This document shows, in pieces, positions 50,983-60,800 of a stretch of DNA of 64,000 bases. Origin of the DNA: Mobula hypostoma (Eukaryota); assembly GCF_963921235.1 (NCBI RefSeq), contig NC_086109.1:8806001-8870000 (forward strand), read 5' to 3'. Position 1 is the first letter of the stretch. Every line of letters begins with the position of its first letter. The translations under genes were made by a program, and so were the position numbers. The notes under the pieces are model-generated. The model was not told where the DNA came from, ran no database searches, and saw nothing but the letters and a program-made list of their open reading frames with translations.

Positions 50983-53522
50983 CAAGACGGGTGACCCCAG
51001 CCATTATCAATACTCTTCAGAGGTTGCCTGGCATCATCAGTGGTCACATAACCAGGACTTGTGATATGCACTGGCTGCTCATATGTCCATCCGTCACCTG
51101 ATCAGGGCGGCCAAGTGGGTACCACACCTCGCCCAAGGGTGACCTACAGGCTAGCGGAGGGAAGGAGTGCCTGACACCACCTTCGGTAGAAACCTATCTC
51201 CACCCCGCCACCTGTTGCCTATTGTAGGGGAGTTCCAAACTAAAGATCACTGGGTTAAGGTGAGAAGGGAAAGACTTAGAAGACCCCAGGGGCAACTTCA
51301 TCCATACAGCGGTTGGCGGGTATCTGAAAGGAGCTGCTGACAGGAGGGGCAGGGCCAGGTGCAATCAGGTTGAAAAGGTACGTGGATAGGAGAGGTTGAG
51401 CGCAGCTCCACGCAGGCCCCTGGCCTCACCGGGACTGGAAATGGGGGCGGGGGGAGGGGGAGAAGGTATGGGGGAGGTGTAGGGGTACTAGGTGATAGGT
51501 GGAAGAGGTACAGGGCTGAAGAATGAGGAATCTGATAGGAGAGGAAGGTGGACCATTGCAGAAAGGGAAGTTGGGGGGGAACCAAAGGGAGGTGAGGAGA
51601 AGAGAATCTAGACCTGCGGTGAAAAGAGTAGCTCAGTATTGTAGTGGAATTGTAGCTTAATTGTTCTGCAAGCTTTGATTGTCAGGATGTGAGAAAGCTG
51701 GTACAGTTCAGTTCCATGAGGTGAATTACATGTACAAAGGAGATGAGTTAACTCGAAAGATTAACATGGTTCAGTGACCATTTCAGCCGCCCACTCACTT
51801 GTAATGTTCTGCGTGGTGATGTACAAATGCAGTGATTCGAAGGGAGAGCTGTGAACCGACGCTGGGGAAATTCGGTTAGCTTAGTCATCTTTTCTGGGAA
51901 TGTGTCTTCGTCGTCGGTGAACTGAGAATTATTTTTTTTTAAACACCCAGCAAAACATCAAGAGATTTTCTTCAAGATGAGGCTTTCTTGCAGCAGCACA
52001 AGGAGACCCGACTGAGACGTGTACAGCCGAGCACCTTCACTCTCTGGATAGGAAAGGGAAAGGAGTTTCAGCTCTCCGTTGAGGACCATCTTTACGTGGG
52101 GTCATTGGGGTTGTGCCTAGAGAGAGGAACGCCCCCTTTGTGCAGTTACAGACCTGTGTTTGAGTGGCACCCTTGCATCCCGTCACCACTGAACTTGGAT
52201 GTGTCCAAGACAAAGAAGCAGGCAGGAAAAGTCTTTGCAGACACCACCCACCCTGTAAACTCTCTCTTCCAAGAGCTCCTTTCTCGAAAGGACGTGCTGT
52301 CTTTTTAGGTTATTAAAACAAAAACCACGCCATCTTAAAAGTTTCTCCTCTTCTTTCCCCTCCCCCCACCAAAATCCGGGGCGATTAATCTGATCAACCA
52401 TTCCAGTTAGTCTCTCACCCCTTCCCCATTACCCCTGTCACCGCACTGTAAACACTTTATTGAAAAAAATGGTTTAAAGCATCACACACAAAATACTGGA
52501 GGAACTCGGCAGGTCAGACAGCATCTATGGAAGTGAATAAATGGTCCATGTTTCGGGCCAAGACCTTTCTTCAGTACTTGGTATAATACAGTTTACATTG
52601 TAAATATGCGCTGGTGTTTATGCACATTTTATTCCAAATCGGTATTTTGACCTCCAACTTTATATCTTTTGTATAATTCTTTATAATTGTTAGATGTGTT
52701 TTATTTTGTTGCATGTTACACCTGGACCAACACACCACAGCAAATTCCTAAAACATGTCAACGTACATGGCAAATAAAATTAGTCATTGATCAACGAGAG
52801 ACAGCAGGGGTCGTAGAGCACTACGGCACAGAAAATGGGCCTTCGGCCCGTCTAGTCCTTGTGTATAAACTGTCTTAAGTAGGAAGGAAAAGGAAGTTTT
52901 CGCTTGTTCGGTGTCTCAGCCAAGCACCGCTCCCATGTGGGGCTGTGCCTGGAGAGACCAGCAGCACCTTTGTGCAGTAAAAGAGGGATTGTGCGTTTGT
53001 TCAGCGTCCCGTGCGTCCCCTGTCAAGGTATTTCAACACAACTTACAGCTGATAAAACGTTTCCTCTTGTGAAGCAGGGACCGGCTGCACTTTAAGATAA
53101 TGGCCAAGTAGTTGACTATCAAAGCGGGTCGTTTCCCCCCCCCCCCCCACCGCACTTCCCTTCCTCCTCTCGTCCACTCTTCTCTTCTATCAGATTACTT
53201 CCTCTCTGGCCTTTTATCTTCCCCACCCACCTGGCCTCCCATCACCTTCCAGCTATCCTTCCCCTCTCTCCCCCCCCCACCCCCACATTGTTATTGTGAC
53301 GTCTCCCCCCTTCTTTTCCAGACCCGAAGAAGGGTCTCAGCCTGAAACGTCGACTGTTTATTCCTCTCCACAGAAGCTGCCTGACTGCTGAGTTCCTCCA
53401 GCATTTTGTGTGTGTGTGTAGCTCCGAATTTCCAGCATCTGCAGAATTTCTTGTGTCTTAAATTTTTAAAAAAATGAACTTTAATTGTCACACCTACATT
53501 GGAACAGACAATGAAATGTGTG

Positions 53523-53940
53523 CAACACACATAAAAGTTGCTGGTGAATGCAGCAGGCCAGGCAGCATCTCTAGGAAGAGGTACAGTCGACGTTTCGGGC
53601 CGAGAGCCGAGACCCTTCGTCAGGACTAACTGAAGGAAGAGCTAGTAAGAGATTTGAAAGTGGGAGAGGGAGGGGGAGATCCGAAATGATAGGAGAAGAC
53701 AGGAGGGGGAGGGATGGAGCCAAGAGCTGGACAGGTGATTGGCAAAAGGGATATGAGAGGATCAGAAAAGGGGGAGTGGGGAAGCCCAGAGGATGGGCAA
53801 GGGGTATAGTGAGAGGGACAGAGGGAGAAAAAGGAGAGAGAGAGAAAGAATGTGTGTATATAAATAAATAACAGATGGGGTACGAGGGGAGGTGGGGCAT
53901 TAGCGGAAGTTTGAGAAGTCAATGTTTATGCCATCAGGTT
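53523..53940 (-). mobile_element. Penelope-like 3' fragment, same subfamily as 7998-8966, with hammerhead motif at 53585-53627
   Basis: Reverse complement closely matches ~8500-8931; core CTGACGA...GAAACGTC intact with a 7-nt duplication in loop II. Confidence 0.85.
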
Positions 53941-55385
53941 GTGAAATGCGTGGTGTGTATTAATGACCAACACGGTGCAATGATTGTACTGGGGGCAGCC
54001 GGCACGTGTCACTGTGCTTCTGGCACCAGCGTAACATGTCCACAGCTTACAGACCTGCGCATCTTTGGAACGTGGGATGAACGTGTATGGGTAGCGGCGG
54101 GAATGGAACCCCGGATTGCTGGCGCTGCGAAGGAAGCCTTGCGCCTACTGCCGTACTACCGTGCCGAGCTGCAGGGGGAGAGGGGAGGGAACCTAAAACA
54201 GGGACCGGAAAGCGCAGGTCAGGCAGCATCTGTGGAGAGAGTAAAACAGTCAGTGCTTTTTTGGGGGGGGGTGTGGCCAGTGACCCTGGTCAGTCCTGGG
54301 AGCACAGGGGAGAGAGAGAGTGGTTAAAACCAGAGAGGTGGGGAGGGATGTGTCAATATTTCCCCACTGTTAACCATCCAGTTCACCTCTGAATGGGGGA
54401 GGAATGGATTACGGGGCAGTCTGATAGGATTGCCAGCACAGATTCGATGGGTAGAAATGGCCAGGCCACCAGCTCGAATGACTGGCAGCACACTGGATGG
54501 GCCGAGTGGCCTGATTCTGTTCCTCTGTCTTTTGGTCTTCTGGTTATCACCACTCTGAAAATTCATACCAGGTTTGTTACCACTGACACATGGCGTGAAA
54601 TTTGTTACTTTGCAGCAGCAGTACAGTGCAAGGCATTAAAAATTATTGTAAGTAATAACACAAAATAAGTAAATAGTGAAAGAGAAACAGCGAGATAGGG
54701 TTCATGGATCATTCTGAAATCTGATTGCAGTGGAGACAAAGCTGTTGTTAAAACGTTGACTGTGTGTCTTCGGGCTCCTGTCTCTCCTCCCTGATGGTAG
54801 CAGTGAGAAGGGGGCGTGCTTTGAATGGTGACGGCTCTTAACGATTGATGCCACCTTCTTCAGGAATCGCCTTCTACCTTCAGTCCATGACCAAACCCTT
54901 GTAACAGATAGGGTCAATGCTTGAGAATTTGACCAACATGCAAAATGCTAGAGCAGGGGTTACCAATCTTTTTTATGCCATTGACCAAACCATTAACTTC
55001 AGCTTGGGAACCCCTGCGCTAGAGGAATTCAGTGGGCCATACAGCATCCACATACAGAAATAAGACGCTCAGCGTTTAGGGTCGAGTCGCTTCATTGGGA
55101 CAGAAAAGACAGAAGGGAGATAACTGGCGCAAAATGGTGAAGGGAAAGGATGACGTGAAAGCAGGCGGTTGATTGGTGTATCCATATGTGGAAATGATGT
55201 AATAACCTTGCAGGTGATAGGTGGAGGTGACAGGACTGGAGAAGATGGAATCTGATAGGAGAGGACAGTGGACCATGGAATAAAGGAGGTGGGGAAGGGA
55301 ACCAGATGGAGGTGATGGGTAAATGGGGGTTATTTCTCCTTCAGCCCTTTGTCACTTCCACCTATCACCTGCTAGCTTCTGACAT

Positions 55386-56410
55386 AGTGGGGTACCGCAA
55401 GGCTCAGTGCTGGGACCCCAGTTGTTTACAATATATATTAATGACTTGGATGAGGGAATTAAATGCAGCATCTCCAAGTTTGCGGATGACACGAAGCTGG
55501 GTGGCAGTGTTAGCAGTGAGGAGGGTGCTAAGAGGATGCAGGGTGACTTGGATAGGTTGGGTGAGTGGGCAAACTCATGGCAGATGCAATTTAATGTGGA
55601 TAAATGTGAAGTTATCCACTTTGGTGGCAAAAATAGGAAAACAGATTATTATCTGAACGGTGGCCGATTAGGAAAAGGGGAGGTGCAACGAGACCTGGGT
55701 GTCATTATACACCAGTCATTGAAAGTGGGCGTGCAGGTACAGCAGGCGGTGAAAAAGGCGAACGGTATGCTGGCATTTATAGCGAGAGGATTCGAGTACA
55801 GGAGCAGGGAGGTACTACTGCAGTTGTACAAGGCCTTGGTGAGACCACACCTGGAGTATTGTGTGCAGTTTTGGTCCCCTAATCTGAGGAAAGACATCTT
55901 TGCCATAGAGGGAGTACAAAGAAGGTTCACCAGATTGATTCCTGGGATGGCAGGTCTTTCATATGAAGAAAGACTGGATGAACTGGGCTTGTACTCGTTG
56001 GAATTTAGAAGATTGAGGGGGGATCTGATTGAAACGTATAAGATCCTAAAGGGATTGGACAGGCTAGATGCGGGAAGATTGTTCCCGATGTTGGGGAGGT
56101 CCAGAACGAGGGGTCACAGTTTGAGGATAGAGGGGAAGCCTTTTAGGACCGAGATTAGGAAAAACTTCTTCACACAGAGAGTGGTGAATCTGTGGAATTC
56201 TCTGCCACAGCAAACTGTTGAGGCCAGTTCATTAGCTATGTTTAAAAGGAAGTTAGATATGGCCCTTGCGGCTACAGGGGTCAGGGGGTATGGAGGGAAG
56301 GCTGGGTTCTGAGTTGGATGATCAGCCATGATCATAATAAATGGCGGTGCAGGCTCGAAGGGCCGAATGGCCTACTCCTGCACCTATTTTCTATGTTTCT
56401 ATGTTTCTAT
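55386..56410 (+). mobile_element. CR1-clade LINE, 5'-truncated, uninterrupted RT C-terminal ORF plus 3' UTR
   Basis: SGVPQGSVLGPQLFTIYINDLD..SKFADDTKL..WQMQFNVDKC..LVRPHLEYCVQFWSP to TGA 56312; (TTTCTATG)n tail. Confidence 0.95.
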
Positions 56411-56619
56411 AATTCCCACTTCTTCCCTCCCCGCTTACCTGGATCCACACATCACTTGCTGTTCCCCCCCCCCTCAAGCTTTGGAAACCGGCTATCTCCC
56501 TTCTTTCTTTCCAGTCCAAACTGGCAAGTGTTGATTTCCCTCTGATGCTGCCTGACAGGCTGAGTTACTTAAGCATTTTGTGGGAGTTTTATTTTTCTCT
56601 CCCACCCCCATTGCATTTA

Positions 56620-57686
56620 TCTGTACGCGACCTCATCTATTTCCACGACTGTCTCCGTTGCACCTGTTCCCCCAATGAGGTTTTCCTTTCCAGGAGGTCA
56701 GAGGTGACTTGCTGCTTCACAGAACAGGGTCCCCCCCCCCAACCGCTGCTGCTACCCTCGCCCCCATCTCCTCCATTTCCCAAACAGCCGCGTGCACCCC
56801 ATCTTCCTGCCACCTTAACAATACCAGAGTTCCTCTTCTCCTTACCCACCACCCCACGAGCCTCCATCATTCTCTGCAACGTCCAGCCACCCACAGAGGG
56901 GTCCTACCACCAATCATATCTATCTTCTCCCCGCCCACCATCTCTCTACTCTCCGCAGGGATCGCTCCCTCCGTGATTCCCTTATCCATCCGTCCCTCCC
57001 GGCACTTAACCCTGCAAGCGACCTAAACGCTACACCTGCCCATTCACCTCCTCCCGAAACAGTCCTTCCAGGTGAGGCAACACTTCACCTGCCAATCTGC
57101 TGGGGGTCGTCCATATTGTGTCCAGTGCTCCCGATGAAACCTCCTCTGCATTGGTGAGACCCCTCGTAAATCGGGAGACCACTTCGTCGAGCACCTCCGC
57201 TCCACCCGCCACAAGCGGAACCTCCTGGTGTGCAAACATTTGAATTTCCGTTCCCGTTCTGCCATGTCAGTCCACGGCCCCCTCTTGTACAACGATGAGG
57301 CCACCCTCAGGGTGGAGGAGCAGCAACTTATATTCACTTAGGTAGCCCCCCGTCCGTCCTGATGGCATGAATATTGATTTTCCCTTCCTCTCTCCTTCTT
57401 CTATCCCCCACTCTGGCCTCTTACCTATCACCTGTCCCTGAGCCCCTGCCTTCCCTTTCTCCTCTGGTTCGCTTTCCCCTCCTCCCCAGCCCTTTCTCAC
57501 CCACGTGGCTTCACCTCTCACCTTCCCCCTTGCCCCAACCTTTCTATTCCGGTGTCTCCCCCGCCCCTCCAGTGCTGAAGGAGGGTCTCGGGCTGAAACA
57601 TTTGTTCATTTCTGTAGATGTTGCCTGAGCTGAGTTTTGTGGGCGTTGTTCTGGATTTCCGGCATCCTCGGACTTTGCTTGCGTTT
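56620..57686 (+). mobile_element. Older, decayed Penelope-like element
   Basis: Collinear similarity to 7998-8966 (CAGTCCTTCCAGGTGAGGCA, ATTGGTGAGACCC, GATGAGGCCACCCTCAGG, CCTGATGGCATGAA), frameshifted, with degenerate terminal repeat. Confidence 0.8.
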
Positions 57687-57715
57687 GTTAATCTTGTTGC
57701 TGTTGTTTCTACCAG

Positions 57716-57868
57716 GACTGTCTCAAGGCTTGCCAGGAACAGATCGAAGCTGCCCTCACGGAGAGCCTAAAGCAGTCTCAACAGCAGCAAGGCCGAACCA
57801 TGTCAAAGACTGTGCACAAGCCAGACCTCACCAGCACTCCGACAGACGTAAGAGATGTCAACCTGTGA
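57716..57868 (+). CDS. ccnd3: Cyclin D coding exon 5 (C-terminal phosphodegron)
   Basis: accag/ [59 protein letters not shown] degron (T280 here); 153 nt. Confidence 0.9.
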   Translation, partial: DCLKACQEQIEAALTESLKQSQQQQGRTMSKTVHKPDLTSTPTDVRDVNL

Positions 57869-60800
57869 CCACCTTGGGCAGCTTTGATTTCAGAAAAGAA
57901 ATGCAGCTTAGCTTTTTTTTAGTACGTCAATATATGCGACCAAGATTCTCTCTCTTTCTTTGATTCAATTGGGGCGGAAACATCGATGAAGACTCGAGAC
58001 TTGAAGGAAGATTGTGGAAACAGAAATGTAGCATGGATAATCATCTTACGAACACTTGCATCTTGTGACTGTGCGATGTTTCTATTGAAGGGAGCTGGAA
58101 TGTGATTGGTAGCAAATCTAGTACTGAATCCAGCCACCCACTTTGTGTGATGGGTGTGTTGGAATATCGTGTTTTCCCCCCACCCCCCCTCAACACCTTC
58201 CTAAGAGCGATGTAGCCGATTCATCTTTTACTGTAACCTTCCTGTTAACTATGTTGCCCGTCTCGCTTTCAGCTAACTTCCAAGAGCTACTGAAAGATTA
58301 TCTCCTCAAACGTTTGCAGAAGTTTGCTTTACAATTTAAAAAAATAAGGATGTAAGCCTTGCAAAAAAAAAGAATATTATAAGTACAATTAATAGGGACA
58401 TTCATTTAACGAGCACATGACTGCCTTTGATCTGATTCCCTGCGTGCTTAAATCAGTATTCGTAGCTTGCTTAATGGAGGTGTTCTTGTAAGTGGGCGAT
58501 TCTAATGTTAAGATGTCCCAGTTAGTAGACCTCAACTGTTTTGCACAGTGGTATACAAGGATATAACTCTGTAATATATAGATTAGTTTTGCTACTTGGT
58601 TTGAAGGAGGGATGGTAAACCTCTCAAATAAGGCTTGTTAAATTGTGATGTACCAATTTGTAGACATCAATGTTGTTTTGCACAATGATATACAAGGTTC
58701 TAATTGTATATAATATTTAAGAAGGCAGTAACAAATAGTGGGAAACCAAAAGGAAAAGAACTGTAGGGGTAACCTGGAATATAAATTACTAGATTTTCAG
58801 ACTGCTATGACCCCAATTTAAAAAACTATATATACACAGGTGTAATGGAGTACTGATATTTCCGGATAATAGAATGTGTGCTTTGTGCTTGTGCAGTATA
58901 TTTAATGGTTTTCCCCAAGTTCCTGTCTATAAGGAAGCCTTGTATTGGAGTGCATTGGGGAAAGTCCAATGTAGTCTTTATAATAAGCACAGTTATTGTA
59001 ATGACTACAGTGGATTCTGTCTTGTTGGGGGTGGGGTGGCATTGGCACTCATTTCATTGAGACTGGCACTTGTCCTGGGTTGCTTACAGGCCGTCTTCTG
59101 TAAGCCTGTGCGGAAGTGAGCAGTCGCCACTGCGCCAGGCCTGCCCGAGTAGAACGAGACAGGAGTGACCCATCACTTGTGCACGGTAACATTGCAGAGA
59201 ATTCTTTGGTTGGGACAGGGCCTTGTATATCCAGTGGCTTCCCACTGGAAAGAAAGCGGGAAATGAGGAGCGTAAGGCATTGCAGGATGTAGCAGGGTGT
59301 GGGTGCACGTATAGTCCAGAACTCAAAGCCAGGGTAGTCTTCAAAACAGAAGCCGCAGCCACTTTAGAACAGAGGGCAGCACGGGCTCACCATGTCTGTG
59401 CTGACCACAGTGCCAATCTATTGTACCCTGCCTGTACGTGGTCTGTGAACCTCCATTTCTTGCCTGTCCACGTGACTGGTTTAAAAGCCTCCATAAAACA
59501 TTCCTGCTGTTTCTATTCCCTGGCAGTGTGTTCCACTCCCTTTTACCACTGATCTCCCTCTCGCCTTAAACCAGTGCCTTCTAGCATTGGACAACTACAG
59601 TCAGGGGGTGGACAGTGATTCCGCCTGTCATCTCATAAACTTCCGTCCAGTCTCCCCTCAGCCACCAGTGCTCCCAATTTTGTCCAACCTCTCCATGTGG
59701 ATAATACTCGCCAAACCAGTCGGCTGTGAGGGGAGCTTCTGAAGATATATGAACCAGCTGGATTTAAACAACATGGAGATTGGGATTGGGGGGGGCACAA
59801 CGCAGTGCCCAAAGATTGTATAGCTGGAACAATTAAGGTGCTTGTCATTTTTGCTTTCTTGTGCTGAAATATATTGGTCAGTTCCTTCCCAGATGAAACC
59901 CACCCCCATCCCCAACTTTTGAGTTTTGCATTGAGGGGATTCCTTCTCCAGGAACTTCTCACTTTTCATCATGATTATTGTTAATTTATAGGCCGGAGCT
60001 CCTGAGTATTAACTTCAAGCTTGTCAGAAAAGCTTTGCTTTGTGTCTGCATCACAAAGCCTAATCTTCTTGGCTACTTAGAAATAAAAAGTAATTTTTGT
60101 TTTTTTTTAAAGTTTTTGTTTTCAGAAGTCATAGAAAGAAAGAACCAGTGATAATGTCACTGGTAGAGTAGAAATTGGGCCTTCAGTTCCACAGCATGGA
60201 TCCCTGACAGGAGAAAATTTGTAGATGCTGGAAATCCAGAGACACACACACAGAATGCTGGAGGAACTCAGCAGGTCAGGCAGCGTCTAAGGAGAGGAAT
60301 AAACAGTCGACATTTCAGGCCGAGACCCTTCTTCAGGACTCGGCCCCGAAATGTCAACTGTTTACTCTTTTCCATAGATGCTGCCTGGCCTGCTGGGTTC
60401 CTCCAGCATTTTATTTTGCGTGTGTGACGTGGACCTCTCCCTGGTATTTAACAGAACAAAGAGAACTCCTGAAGTCCTGCAAAGCCTGTGAACTGAACTT
60501 GTTTGTAAGTGCTGATCAATATCCAAGTACGGCTGTTCCGCACAACCTGGTTGCCTTGGATTTTTAACAAAACCGTTGACTCTTTCCACAACTGTCCTAA
60601 GAATTCCTTACAGTTCTGTTTTATGAAAGGTCTTCTCATGATCTGCTGTTTCCTCTCTACTAATGATTCAGAACGAGTGATCTCATATGCTAAGGGAACA
60701 TAAGAGGACAGGAACAGAACCATTAGGTTACAGGTTCCATTAAAACAAATATCAAGTCTCCAAACAACATCAGAGCAAAATTCCTGGTGAATCTCTTCCG

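Noticed and set aside
57637..57963. 108-aa ORF with hydrophobic N-terminus resembling a secreted peptide
   Set aside because: Alternative frame over the acceptor and exon 5; starts within a TE tail
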